In this document: piece after piece, positions 52,101-64,000 of the stretch
How positions within the stretch are numbered: position 1 is the first letter of the stretch
Layout of the letters: each line of letters begins with the position of its first letter
From: Balanoglossus misakiensis
Taxonomy: Eukaryota; Animalia; Hemichordata
Direction: 5' to 3'
Length of the DNA: 64,000 bases
Assembly (NCBI GenBank): GCA_040954595.2
Contig: CM082598.2
Location: 8,881,097-8,945,096, forward strand
Notes under the pieces: generated by a model
Told to the model about the DNA's origin: nothing
Seen by the model: the letters and a program-made list of their open reading frames with translations, nothing else
Database searches by the model: none
Made by a program: the position numbers and the translations under genes

Positions 52101-53608
52101 ATAGCTCACATTATCAGAAGTAACACAATCATTATACGTTGGTAGAAAATACAATCTGCCATGTTTCTCAATGTTAAACTTTGTACCGTTCTTGTGAATC
52201 AAGTTTGCTGAGTCAGGTTGAAATATCACACTTGCACCTTTCTCAGTTGCTGCCTGTACCGAAAATATGTCCTGAGGGTACGACGGAATGTACAACGCAT
52301 TTTTCAACAATGCACAGGTGCTTTTACCATGAATATCCATCAATGGAATATTCGCATCACCTCGTTTCAGAGCAACGTTATTCGATTTCATACCATTTGC
52401 CAGTTCAATAAAGTGTTTCTCTGGCTTAAATGACGTATCAAAGTTTACAAACTTAGACTCATCAGTAATGATGTGTGCAGTAGCACCACAGTCAACCAAC
52501 AGTTTACCAGTTGACGAGGTATTCATATCCTCTGTATACACTTTTGCATGGAACGCGAAAGAATGTTCCTCACTCGATCCGGTGACTCGGTGAACAGCAT
52601 CCCTACTTCTGTCTTTTCCTCTTCTACGACACGACCTGTCAGTGTGGGAAGAGTTCTGACAAACACTGCACCACTTACTCGGCATTTTGTCACATTTCCG
52701 AGCAATATGTCCCTGCTGACCACACCTAAAACAGGTGACACCCTTTGTGGCCGTCTTTGTCTTGGACCACGACGGTTGATATGCAGGCTTGTTAACAGCT
52801 TTCATGATAGAATCATCAAGTGAACTAGAACATCTAGCACGTTCAGTATCCTCGAAACTGCGTAAGGCTACTTTGAATTCAGTGAATGTCTGATTCTTCT
52901 CACTTTGAGTGACGACTACAACAAAAGGTTTGAAGCTGTCCGGCAAACCCTTCAACACCATAGCAATCAACAAACTATCAGTAACAGTTTCACCCGCATC
53001 TCTGAGTGCTGCTGCTGTAGTCTCAGCGCGAATAACATAATCAGTGGCCGTTTCATTTGGTTGCATGACCAAAGATGTGAGTTCGGTGTACAATGAAATA
53101 ACTCGAGGTTTGCCTGTCCCAGCGTAATGTTCTTTCAGAATCGTAAATGCTTTACGGCCATCATTTTCCGCATCTCTCATAACAAGAGACAGACTTTTGT
53201 CATCCAGAAACTGAATTAGTTCTGCATATACTTCTTCATTTTTGGACTCATCGACATCCGTTCCCTCTGGTGTCAGGACAATGTCCTTCAGTTTTTGCAA
53301 CTTCAAGTATCCAAGAAACTTTACCTTCCATTGCTCAAATTTTCGCTCATCTCCATCGAAAATCAACCTCCCATAACGTCCAAGAGCTGCTGTACTGGGC
53401 CCATAACCTGTTGCGTTGTGGGGATCGCCCATGATGGAGGAAATATAAGTCGGATTGAAAACACAGCACACTGGAACGTTCCTCCTTTCAATATGGCCGG
53501 AGTAGTGATGAATATCCGGGGTACTTTTATTTTCAAACTGTACCTCTTGAGGGCACTTGTCCATAATCATTTACATAACAATGAGATCATTGAATATGTA
53601 TGCCAACA
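49157..53608 (-). mobile_element. Full-length Ty1/copia LTR retrotransposon
   Basis: 200-bp TG...CA LTRs at 49157-49356 and 53409-53608, identical by eye. 5-bp TSD ATCAT. PBS GGTTATGGGCCCAG. Purine tract AAGTGGGGG next to the 3' LTR. Confidence 0.98.
49434..53432 (-). CDS. Copia Gag-Pol polyprotein, uninterrupted
   Basis: CCHC knuckles (CFRCGQQGHIARKC), protease VDCGAT, integrase HHCC + DDE (HTDL, SDNGSEF, AER), RT (WVDD), RNase H (DADW, EAEY, EDNQ). Likely start MGDPHN at 53432. Confidence 0.97.
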   Translation of the reverse strand: MGDPHNATGYGPSTAALGRYGRLIFDGDERKFEQWKVKFLGYLKLQKLKDIVLTPEGTDVDESKNEEVYAELIQFLDDKSLSLVMRDAENDGRKAFTILKEHYAGTGKPRVISLYTELTSLVMQPNETATDYVIRAETTAAALRDAGETVTDSLLIAMVLKGLPDSFKPFVVVVTQSEKNQTFTEFKVALRSFEDTERARCSSSLDDSIMKAVNKPAYQPSWSKTKTATKGVTCFRCGQQGHIARKCDKMPSKWCSVCQNSSHTDRSCRRRGKDRSRDAVHRVTGSSEEHSFAFHAKVYTEDMNTSSTGKLLVDCGATAHIITDESKFVNFDTSFKPEKHFIELANGMKSNNVALKRGDANIPLMDIHGKSTCALLKNALYIPSYPQDIFSVQAATEKGASVIFQPDSANLIHKNGTKFNIEKHGRLYFLPTYNDCVTSDNVSYANDLQNWHEIFGHCNHDDILKVEKIVDGMKVTGNTSKPVDCNICTLGKMTKGRNRGPRARSTVPLELVHTDLAGPIDPVSKENFRYAVIFTDDYSGLMFVYFLKRKSDTLAATEQFLADSAPWGNVKTMRSDNGSEFVSNAYKSLLRKNRIRHETSAPYSPHQNGTAERHWRTLFEMGRCLLIQANLDKDMWPYAVMAAAYIRNRFYNKRIDQTPFFAFTGRKPNVSNMRVFGSECYVYSYDKKKLDPRCIKGIFVGYDKGSPSYLVYNPETGKVMKHRVVKFMKVGAHVDIQESEDDFVLKRHSNEVELNPGKIDVKPSDDRSDQSEGAQIDSAPSDTNSRYPSRVRKPPAYLGDYVTSLEDDQVMSSIDYCYKVSDFPQSYAEAIKSPDSEHWKIAMQDEMNSLKENNTFTLTPLPEGRKAVGGRWVYTIKDSSDGSQTYKARYVAKGYSQMKGIDYDETFAPTARMTTVRILMQFAAQYDLILHQMDVKTAYLNAPIDCEIYMEQPEGFEVHTDGKSKLVCKLNKSLYGLKQSGRNWNIMLHNYLYENGFVQHSIDPCWYTKQVDDGMIAILIWVDDLIIAASTDKSLYNVKQMLKAKFRMKDLGKLSYFLGIHFEQGDGVVKMNQKKYLCKILEKFEMVDCKPRCTPSEQKLDCGDNTPADSRIYREAVGSLIYAMTCTRPDLCWIVTKLSQYLSNPLKAHWLAVKHVFRYLKGTLDYELCFKKCDNLSLMGCSDADWASCTDDRRSVSGYCFSLTKTGPLISWKSRKQPTVALSSCEAEYIALAATIQESMYLIQLLNGVGISDKIEPVLIFEDNQGTIALAKNPVNHQRSKHIDIRYHFIRQEISSGKIVLKYCPTNDMVADILTKPATRCKLDKFKAYIFG

Positions 53609-56600
53609 ATCATCGTGGTCAATGTACGTGTGTTTCCGCTCTAAAGTGCCGGGGCTTCAGCTAAACCAGACCGTAGGAAATCCGACGTAATCACCGTTGA
53701 TAACTTACGCCAGTCTGTGTCATATAGAGCCGGTGCACCAGCCGAGTCACGCCGTAGGAAATCTGACTTGATCAACGTGGTCAATGTACGCCTGTTTCTG
53801 CTCTAGAGTGCCGGGGCTTCAGCTGAGCCAGGCCGTAGTAAACCCGACGTGATTACCGTTGTTAACCTACGCCAGTCTGTGTCCTATATATAGTGCCGGG
53901 GCATCAGCCGTGCCAGGCCGAAGGAAATGTGAGTAGATCAACGTGGTCTCTGTACGCGTGTTTCTGCTCTAGAGTGCCAGGGCTTTAGCCAAGCCATGCC
54001 GTAGGAAATCTGACTTGATCAACGTTGCTAACGAACGCTAGTGTCTGTCATAGTGTGCCGAGGTTTTAGTCGAGCCAAGCCGTAGGAGATCAGACTCGAT
54101 CAACGTGGTCTCTGTACGCGTGTTTCTGCTCTAGAGTGCCAGGGCTTTATCCAAGCCATGCCGTAGAAAATCTGACTTGATCACCGTTGCTAACGTACGC
54201 TAGTGTCTGTCATATTGTGACGGAGATTTAGCCGAGCCAGGCCGTAGAAAAATCGACTTGTTCAACGTTACCAGTGTGCAATGGTTCTGCTCTAGAGTGT
54301 CAGGGTTTTAGCCGACTTATGCTGTAGGAAATCTGAGTTGATGAACGGGAATTCAATGTTAGAAAACCCGTGTGGAACGTATCTCTACCCGTTTGAAACT
54401 AAGAAAAGAATTTATTCTTATTCATTTTGTAAAAAAGACAATTTTTCGAAAAAAAGTCGAAAATGGTAATTTTGTCTTGGGTGATTCAAATTATACCGCC
54501 TTTTCTGGAATTTGCAGCACTTTTTACAAGAGAACGACACTTCATGCTCCATAATATTTCCGAAAATGAAGAAAAGAGTTAATTTTTTATGATTTTTTAA
54601 AAATTTACCATTTTTGTAAAAATATAGCCAAAATGGCTATTTTTTCTTGAATTCCGCCAATATCTCTGCATTTTTGGAGTGGTCGAAAGTTTTAACATAC
54701 AATGAACATGTCATATATGATCAGGGCACCAAATTCGAAGAATAAAGGTTTTTTTTATTTTTTTTCTTCTAAAAATGACATTTTCAAGGAAAATTTGGTA
54801 AAATGCAATTTTGTCTGCAGTGAGCCAAATTAGACTGTCTTTTGTGGAATTTGTATCGATATATACATACGAAGAGCATTCTATACTCCATCAGATTTCC
54901 GAAAATGTAGAAAACAGGTATTTTTTGTAATTTTCAAAAATTTACCATTTTGACCAAATTGTGGCTAAAATTGTTATTTTCGTGTTGAATGCCGCCAGTG
55001 TCACTGCTTTTAAAAGTCATAAAAACTTTTAACATACAAGCAATTGTTTATATATGATCAGGTCACCGAATTAAAAAAATAAAGAATGTTTAGCCTAAAA
55101 GTGACCTTTTTGGTGCAAAAACGAATAAAACGCAATTTTGTATTAAATCAGCTCATTCAGAGTGCATTTTTTATAATCAGCACCATTTTTACATATAATG
55201 GAAATTTCATACATCATCAGATATCCAAATATGAAAAATGATTTAGATTTTAAATGATTGTCCAAAATTAGCTGATATCTAATAAATGCAGTATTGAACC
55301 GTTCTGTTCCCCCCCCCCCCCTACATTATATGCGGTACGCCGATGTCAGCTTACCCGGCAGTACTGCAGGCCGTGCCCCTAACTAACGTCGGTGTTTGAA
55401 ACGCCCTGGTTAAATTCGGGCTTTCTCTATAAATTGACAGGCAATAATGCAGTCCTACCCGAAAAAATGTCGAGTGTTGACCCTCTGTGACTTTCCCTCT
55501 TCGGTTTGCCCGACTTAGCCAACGTCTTTGTACTAGAGTGTCGGGTCTTTTGCAGAGCCAGGCCGAAGGAAATCCGACTTGATCACCGTTGCTAACGAAC
55601 GCTAGTGTCTGTCATGGTGTGCCGGGGTTTTATTCGAGCCAGGCCGTAGGAGATCTGACTTGATCATCGTGGTCAATGTACGCGTGTTTCCGCTCTAAAG
55701 TGCCGGGGCTTCAGCTAAACCAGGCCATAGGAAATCCGACGTAATCACCGTTGATAACTTACGCCAGTCTGTGTCATATAGAGCCGGTGCACCAGCCGAG
55801 TCACGCCGTAGGAAATCTGACTTGATCAACGTGGTCAATGTACGCCTGTTTCAGCTCTAGAGTGCCGGGGCTTCAGCTGAGCCAGGCCGTAGGAAACCCG
55901 ACTTGATTACCGTTGTTAACTTACGCCAGTCTGTGTCCTATATATAGTGCCGGGGCATCAGCCGTGCCAGGCCGAAGGAAATGTGAGTAGATCAACGTGG
56001 TCTCTGTACGCGTGTTTCTGCTCTAGAGTGCCAGGGCTTTAGCCAAGCCATGCCGTAGGAAATCTGACTTGATCAACGTTGCTAACGAACGCTAGTGTCT
56101 GTCATAGTGTGCCGGGGTTTTAGTCGAGCCAAGCCGTAGGAGATCAGACTTGATCAACGTGGTCTCTGTACGCGTGTTTCTGCTCTAGAGTGCCGGGGCT
56201 TTATCCAAGCCATGCCGTAGAAATCCTGACTTGATCACCGTTGCTAACGTACGCTAGTGTCTGTCATATTGTGACGGAGATTTAGCCGAGCCAGGCCGTA
56301 GAAAAACCGACTTGTTCAACGTTACCAGTGAGCAACTGTTTCTGCTCTAGAGTGTCAGGGTTTTAGCCGACTTATGCTGTAGGAAATCTGAGTTTATGAA
56401 CGGGAATTCAATGTTAGCAAACCCGTGTGGAAAGTATCTCTACCCGTTTGGAACTAAGAAAAGAATTTATTCTTATTTATTTTGTAAAAAAGACAATTTT
56501 TCGAAAAAAAGTCGAAAATGGTAATTTTGTCTTGGGTGATTCAAATTATACCGCCTTTTCTGGAATTTGCAGCACTTTTTACAAGAGAACGACACTTCAT

Positions 56601-58590
56601 GCTCCATAATATTTCCGAACAAATTACCATTTTTGTCAAAATATGGCCAAAATATTCTTATTTATTTTGTAAAAAAGACAATTTTTCGAAAAAAGTCGAA
56701 AATGGTAATTTTGTCTTGGGTGATTCAAATTATACCGCCTTTTCTGCAGCACTTTTTACAAGAGAACGACACTTCATGCTCCATAATATTTCCGAAAATG
56801 AAGAAAAGAGTTAATTTTTTATGATTTTTTAAAAATTTACCATTTTTGTCAAAATATGGCCAAAATGGCTATTTTTTCTTGAATTCCGTCAATATCTCTG
56901 CATTTTTGGAGTGGTCGAAGGTTTTAACATACAATCAACATGTCATATATGATCAGGGCACCAAATGCGAAGAACAAAGGTTTTTTTATTTTTTTCTCCT
57001 AAAAATGACATTTTCAAGGAAAATTTGGTAAAACGCAATTTTGTCTGCAGTGAGCCAAATTAGACGGTCTTTTGTGGAATTTGTATCGATATATACATAC
57101 GAAGAGCATTCTATACTCCATCAGATTTCCGAAAATGTAGAAAACAGGTATTTTTTGTAATTTTCAAAAATTTACCATTTTGACCAAATTGTGGCTAAAA
57201 TTGTTCTTTTCGTGTTGAATGCCGCCAGTGTCACTGCTTTTAAAAGTCTGTCATAGTGTGCCGGGGTTTTAGTCGAGCCAAGCCGTAGGAGATCAGACTT
57301 GATCAACATGGTCACTGTACGCGTGTTTCTGCTCTAGAGTGCCGTGGCTTTATCCAAGCCATGCCGTAGAAAATCTGACTTGATCACCGTTGCTAACGTA
57401 CGCTAGTGTCTGTCATATTGTGACGGAGATTTAGCCGTGCCAGGCCGTAGAAAAATCGACTTGTTCAACGTTACCAGTGTGCAACTGTTTCTGCTCTAGA
57501 GTGTCAGGGTTTTAGCCGACTTATGCTGTAGGAAATCTGAGTTGATGAACGGGAATTCAATGTTAGAAAACCCGTGTGGAAAGTATCTCTACCTGTTTAA
57601 AACTAAGAAAAGAATTTATTCTTATTTATTTTGTAAAAAAGACAATTTTTCGAAAAAAAGTCGAAAATGGTAATTTTGTCTTGGGTGATTCAAATTATAC
57701 CGCCTTTTCTGGAATTTGCAGCACTTTTTACAAGAGAACGACACTTCATGCTCCATAATATCTCCGAAAATGAAGAAAGGAGTTAATTTTTTATGATTTT
57801 TTAAAAATTTACCATTTTTGTCAAAATATGGCCAAAATGGCTATTTTTTCTTGAATTCCGTCAATATCTCTGCATTTTTGGAGTGGTCGAAACTTTTAAC
57901 ATACAATCAACATGTCATATAAGATCAGGGCACCAAATTCGAAGAACAAAGGTTTTGTTATTTTTTTTTCTAAAAATGACATTTTCAAGGAAAATTTGGT
58001 AAAACGCAATTTTGTCTGTAGTGAGCCAAATTAGACGGTCTTTTGTGGAATTTGTATCGATATTTACATACGAAGAGCATTCTATACTCCATCAGATTAC
58101 CGAAAATGTAGAAAACATTTATTTTTCGTATTTTTCAAAAATTTACCATTTTTGACCAAAATGTGGCTAAAATTGTTATTTTCGTCTTGAATGCCGCCAG
58201 TGTCACTGCTTTTAAGAGTCATAAAAACTTTTAACATACAAGCAATTGTTTATATATGATCAGGTCACCGAATTAAAAAAATAAAGAATGTTTTGCCTGA
58301 AAATGACCTTTTTGGTGCAAAAACGAATAAAACGCAATTTTGTATTAAATCAGCTCATTCAGAGTGCATTTTTTATAATCAGCACCATTTTTACATATAA
58401 TGGAAATTTCATACATCATCAGATATTCAAATATGAAAAAATGATTTAGATTTTAGATGATTGTCCAAAATTAGCTGATATCTAATAAATGTAGTATTGA
58501 ACCGTTCTGTCCCCCCCCCCACCCCTACATTATATGCGGTACGCCGATGTCAGCTTACCCGGCAGTACTGGAGGCCGTGCCCCCAACTAA

Positions 58591-59793
58591 GGGAGCCGTC
58601 ATTATTTACGGCCTGGGGGGGGGGGGGGTCGGAGGAATTACACTAGAAACTCCAAAATTTTGAGAAACCCCCCCTGCCAAGCATGCAGATTTTGAGAAAC
58701 CCCCCCCTTCCAACACAGAAATTTCGACTGGCCCCCCCCTAAGACCGGAACAACTACATATCAATACATGTATCTGTATTGAACACCTATTGCCTGGCCA
58801 TGAGGGCCATAGCGGCCGTTTATTGCACCCGAGGGGCTGTGAGTTACCAGAATCATATGCTATTTCCCGAGGCCGCAGGCCGAGGCAAATAGCATATGAT
58901 TCTGGTAACTCACAGTCACGAGGGGGTAAAAACGGCTGCTATGGCCCGAATATAGGCCAGGCTATAGGTGTTTTATAATAAACCTCATGCTAACAGCTGG
59001 GAAAATCTTGCAATTTTCTCTTGAGGTTGGCAGACGACATCTTCCGCGGTGGCCATTGTGTCAGACGAAGCGACGCTGATGGACGTGACCGAGTTTGCGC
59101 ACTCACGCTGGTCACGTGACCGGTTTATATTTTTTCTGCTATTTCCCTAGCGGTTCATAGTCGATTCTATTTTCCTATCACGTGACGGATTCTGGCGAAT
59201 CACGACACAGTATTAGCATGAGGTATATTATAAAAATCACTATTACAGTAGTGTAGTAAAAGACCTTTCAACTCCAGGTTCACCCTGCTACATTGTAGGT
59301 GATCATCAGTTGCATCATGATGGATTGAAAAGGGTGAAACAACAAAACAATCTCAAAGTCACAACTAAATAATGATTACCGTAAAAGCTCACCCATAACC
59401 AGTAACCATCAAGTAGCATTGTGTAATTTGGACAGGCATCGTTAAAAGTCAAAATGATTATCAAACTTTGTTGATATAATAAGGAGTAATGTTTTTTATG
59501 CATGATCAGGCAAGCATGCCAATCCTTTATCAGCAAATTTTGGGAAAAATACTTTGATAGTGCAGTGTGGACACTCTGGTGTTCCGCGACCAGCACTTGT
59601 ACAGCACACAACTAAATCTTTCAGTTGAAAAACTTTGATACATTTCCCAAAAATGAGTGACCCCCCCCCCCCTCTTCATCTACAATTTTTGGGAAACCCC
59701 CCCTTGCAGCCTTCCAATTTTTGAGTAACCCCCCCCCCCCTTGATTCCTCCGACCCCCCCCCCCCCCCCAGGCCATAAATAATGACGGCTCCC
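58591..59793. mobile_element. PIF/Harbinger-type MITE inserted in the macrosatellite
   Basis: TIR GGGAGCCGTCATTATTTA...TAAATAATGACGGCTCCC with a TAA duplication. The empty site CCAACTAACGTC is present in the other units. Confidence 0.92.
58783..59233. repeat. Nested double-hairpin element inside the MITE
   Basis: Long inverted repeat at ~58783-58972 centred on CCGAGGCCGCAGGCCGAGG (arms CTGTGAGTTACCAGAATCATATGCTATT). Second pair TTATAATAAACCTCATGCTAA / TTAGCATGAGGTATATTATAA. Confidence 0.75.
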
Positions 59794-62700
59794 TAACGTC
59801 GGTGCTTGAAACGCCCTGGTTAAATTCGGGCTTTCTCTATAAATTGACAGGCAATAATGCAGTCCTACCCGAACAAATGTCGAGTGTTGACCCGCTGTGA
59901 CTTTCCCTCTTCGGTTTGCCCGACTTAGCCAACGTCTTTGTACCAGAGTGTCGGGTCTTTTGCAGAGCCAGGCCGAAGGAAATCCGACTTGATCACCGTT
60001 GCTAACGAACGCTAGTGTCTGTCATGGTGTGCCGGGGTTTTAGTCGAGCCAGGCCGTAGGAGATTTGACTTGATCATCGTGGTCAATGTACGCGTGTTTC
60101 CGCTCTAAAGTGCCGGGGCTTCAGCTAAACCAGGCCGTAGGAAATCCGACATAATCACCGTTGATAACTTACGCCAGTCTGTGTCATATATAGCCGGTGC
60201 ACCAGCCGAGTCACGCCGTAGGAAATTTGACTTGATCAACGTGGTCAATGTACGCCTGTTTCTGCTCTAGAGTGCCGGGGCTTCAGCTGAGCCAGGCCGT
60301 AGGAAACCCGACGTGATTACCGTTGTTAACTTACGCCAGTCTGTGTCCTATATATAGTGCCGGGGTATCAGTCGTGCCAGGCCGAAGGAAATGTGAGTAG
60401 ACCAATGTGGTCTCTGTACGCGTGTTTCTGCTCTAGAGTGCCAGGGCTTTAGCCAAGCCATGCCGTAGGAAATCTGACTTGATCAACGTTGCTAACGAAC
60501 GCTAGTGTCTGTCATAGTGTGCCGGGGTTTTAGTCGAGCCAAGCCGTAGGAGATCAGACTTGATCAACGTGGTCTCTGTACGCGTGTTTCTGCTCTAGAG
60601 TGCCGGGGCTTTATCCAAGCCGTGCCGTAGAAAATCTGACTTGATCACCGTTGCTAACGATCGCTAGTGTCTGTCATATTGTGACGGAGATTTAGCCGAG
60701 CCAGGCCGTAGAAAAATCGACTTGTTCAACGTTACCAGTGTGCAACTGTTTCTGCTCTAGAGTGTCAGGGTTTTAGCCGACTTATGCTGTAGCAAATCTG
60801 AGTTGATGAACGGGAATGCAATGTTAGAAAACCCGTGTGGAAAGTATCTCTACCCGTTTGAAACTAAGAAAAGAATTTATTCTTATTTATTTTGTAAAAA
60901 AGACAATTTTTCGAAAAAAAGTCGAAAATGGTAATTTTGTCTTGGGTGATTCAAATTATACCGCCTTTCCTGGAATTTGCAGCACTTTTTACAAGAGAAC
61001 GACACTTCATGCTCCATAATATTTCCGAAAATGAAGAAAAGAGTTAATTTTTTATGATTTTTTACAAATTTACCATTTTTGTCAAAATATGGCCAAAATG
61101 ACTATTTTTTCTTGAATTCCGTCAATATCTCTGCATTTTTGGAGTGGACGAAACTTTTAACATACAATCAACATGTCATATATAATCAGGGCACCGAATT
61201 CGAAGAACAATTAAAGCTTTTTTTAATTGTTTTTCTAAAAATGACATTTTCAAGCAAAATTTGATAACATGCAATTTTGTCTGCAATGAGCCAAATTAGA
61301 CTGTCTTTTGTGGAAATTGTATCGATATATACAAACGAAGGGCATTTTATACTCCATCAGATTACAGAAAATGTAGAAAACAGTTATTTTTCGTTATTTT
61401 CAAAAATTTACCATTTTTGACCAAAATGTGGCTAAAATTGTTATTTTCGTCTTGAACGCCGCCAGTGTCACTGCTTTTAAGAGTCATAAAAACTTTTAAC
61501 ATACAAGCAATTGTTTATATATGATCAGGTCACCGAATTCAAAAAATAAAGAATGTTTTGCATAAAAATGACCTTTTTAGTGCAAACAGTGAATAAAACG
61601 CAATTTTGTATTAAATCAGCTCATTCAGAGTGCATTTTTAGAATCAGCACCATTTTTACATATAATGGAAATTTCATACATCATCAGATATCCAAATATT
61701 AAAAAATGATTTAGATTTTAGCTGATTGTCCAAAATTAGCTGATATCTAATAAATGTAGTATTGAACCATTCTGTTCCCCCCCCCCCCTACATTATATGC
61801 GGTACGCCGATGTCAGCTTACCCGGCAGTACTGCAGGCCGTGTCCCCAACTAACGTCGGTGTTTGAAACGCCCTGGTTAAATTCGGGCTTTCTCTATAAA
61901 TTGACAGGCAATAATGCAATCCTACCCGAACAAATGTCGAGTGTTGACCCGCTGTGACTTCCCCTCTTTGGTTTGCCCGACTTACCCATCGTCTTTGTAC
62001 TAGAGTGTCGGGTCTTTTGCAGAGCCAGGCCGAAGGAAATCCGACTTGATCACCGTTGCTAACGAACACTAGTGTCTGTCATGGTGTGCCGGGGTTTTAG
62101 TCGAGCCAGGCCGTAGGAGATCTGACTTGATCATCGTGGTCAATGTACGCGTGTTTCTGCTCTAAAGTGCCGGGGCTTCAGCTAAACCAGGCCGTAGGAA
62201 ATCCGACGTAATCACCGTTGATAACTTACGCCAGTGTCTGTCATGGTGTGCCGGGGTTTTAGTCGAGCCAGGCCATAGGAGATCTGACTTGATCATCGTG
62301 GTCAATGTACGCGTGTTTCCGCTCTAAAGTGCCGGGGCTTCAGCTAAATCAGGCCGTTAGAAATCCGACGTAATCACCATTGATAACTTACGCCAGTCTG
62401 TGTCATATAGAGCCGGTGCACCAGCGGAGTCACGCCGTAGGAAATCTGACTTGATCAACGTGGTCAATGTACACCTGTTTCTGCTCTAGAGTGCCGGGGC
62501 TTCAGCTGAGCCAGGCCGTAGGAAACCCGACGTGATTACCGTTGTTAACTTACGCCAGTCTGTGTACTATAGAGCCGGTGCACCAGCCGAGTCACGCCGT
62601 AGGAAATCTGACTTGATCAACGTGGTCAATGTACGCCTGTTTCTGCTCTAGAGTGCCGGGGCTTCAGCTGAGCCAGGCCGTAGGAAACCCGACGTGATTA

Positions 62701-64000
62701 CCGTTGTTAACTTACGCCAGTCTGTGTCCTATATATAGTGCCGGGGCATCAGCCGTGCCAGGCCGAAGGAAATGTGAGTAGATCAACGTGATCTCTGTAC
62801 GCGTGTTTCTGCTCTAGAGTGCCGGGGTTTTATCCAAGCCATGCCGTAGAAAATCTGACTTGATCACCGTTGCTAACGTACGCTAGTGTCTGTCATATTG
62901 TGACGGAGATTTAGCTGAGCCAGGCCGTAGAAAAATCGACTTGTTCAACGTTACCAGTGTGCAACTGTTTCTGCTCTAGAGTGTCAGAGTTTTAGCCGAC
63001 TTATGCTGTAGGAAATCTCAGTTGATGAACGGGAATTCAATATTAGAAAACCCGTGTGGAAAGTATCTCTACCCGTTTGAAACTAAGAAAAGAATTTATT
63101 CTTATTTATTTTGTAAAAAAGACAATTTTTCGAAAAAAAGTCGAAAATGGTAATTTTGTCTTGGGTGATTCAAATTATACCGCCTTTTCTGGAATTTGCA
63201 GCACTTTTTACAAGAGAACGACACTTCATGCTCCATAATATTTCCGAAAATTAATAAAAGAGTTAATTTTTATGATTTTTTAAAAATTTACCATTTTTGT
63301 CAAAATATGGCCAAAATGGCTATTTTTTCTTGAATTTTGTCAATATCTCTGCATTTTTGGAGTGGTCGAAAGTTTTAACATACAATCAACATGTCATATA
63401 TGATCAGGGCACCAAATTCGAAGAACAAAGGTTTTTTTATTTTTTTTTCTAAAAATGACATTTTCGAGGAAAATTTGGTAAAACGCAATTTTGTCTGCAG
63501 TGAGCCAAATTAGACTGTCTTTTGTGGAATTTGTATCGATATATACATACGAAGAGCATTCTATACTCCATCAGATTTCCGAAAATGTAGAAAACAGGTA
63601 TTTTTTCTAATTTTCAAAAATTTACCATTTTGACCAAATTATGGCTAAAATTGTTATTTTCCTCTTGGACGCCGCCAGTGTCACTGCTTTTAAGAGTCAT
63701 AAAAACTTTTAACATACAAGCAATTGTTTATATATGATCAGGTCACCGAATTAAAAAAATAAAGAATGTTTTGCCTAAAAATGACCTTTTTAGTGCAAAA
63801 AATGAATAAAACGCAATTTTGTATTAAATCAGCTCATTCAGAGTGCATTTTTAGAATCAGCACCATTTTTACATATTATGGACATTTAATACATCATCAG
63901 ATATCCAAATTTGAAAAAAATGATTTAGATTTTAGCTGATTGTCCAAAATTAGCTGATATCTAATAAATGTAGTGTTGAACCATTCTGTCCCCCCCCCCC

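Larger units (their letters stand above)
45096..64000. repeat. Composite macrosatellite with ~2.1-2.5 kb units, running off the window end
   Basis: Anchor GTGGAA(A/C)GTATCTCTA at ~45441, 47700, 54372, 56427, 57576, 60837 and 63056. Each unit has an AT-rich block, a poly-C linker and a run of 81-bp monomers. Confidence 0.95.

Noticed and set aside
53433-53570. Copia ORF N-terminal extension MIMDKCPQ and ORF 49091-49318
   Set aside because: These are open frames through the LTR sequence; they are unlikely to be translated from an LTR-initiated transcript.
47700-63238. Recurrent 60-98 aa ORFs (MESISTRLKLRKEF...)
   Set aside because: They are by-products of the satellite unit, several with non-ATG starts, and show no domain motifs.

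Overview
AT-rich animal genomic DNA with spliceosomal introns; the gene and TE content suggest a marine invertebrate (inference). The window has three zones. (1) 1-26.4 kb is a nested transposon cluster. A pair of ~107-bp inverted repeats (4983-5089 / 25001-25107) brackets a multi-exon NZF-MULE-SWIM transposase pseudogene, a spliced SAP-SWIM-YqaJ(-PHD) nuclease gene and an orphan histone-type 3' stem-loop. Nested inside are an ISL2EU-like element and two L2/CR1-type LINEs. (2) 28.3-41 kb is a + strand multi-exon gene for a secreted astacin metalloprotease with the order signal peptide, C-type lectin, prodomain, astacin, TSP1, WSC-like, TSP1, C-type lectin. (3) 43.4-64 kb is a foldback element followed by a composite ~2.1-2.5 kb macrosatellite (81-bp monomers plus ~164-bp AT-rich monomers), invaded by an intact Ty1/copia element with identical LTRs and by a Harbinger-type MITE. 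Exon boundaries were read by hand; no database search was possible.
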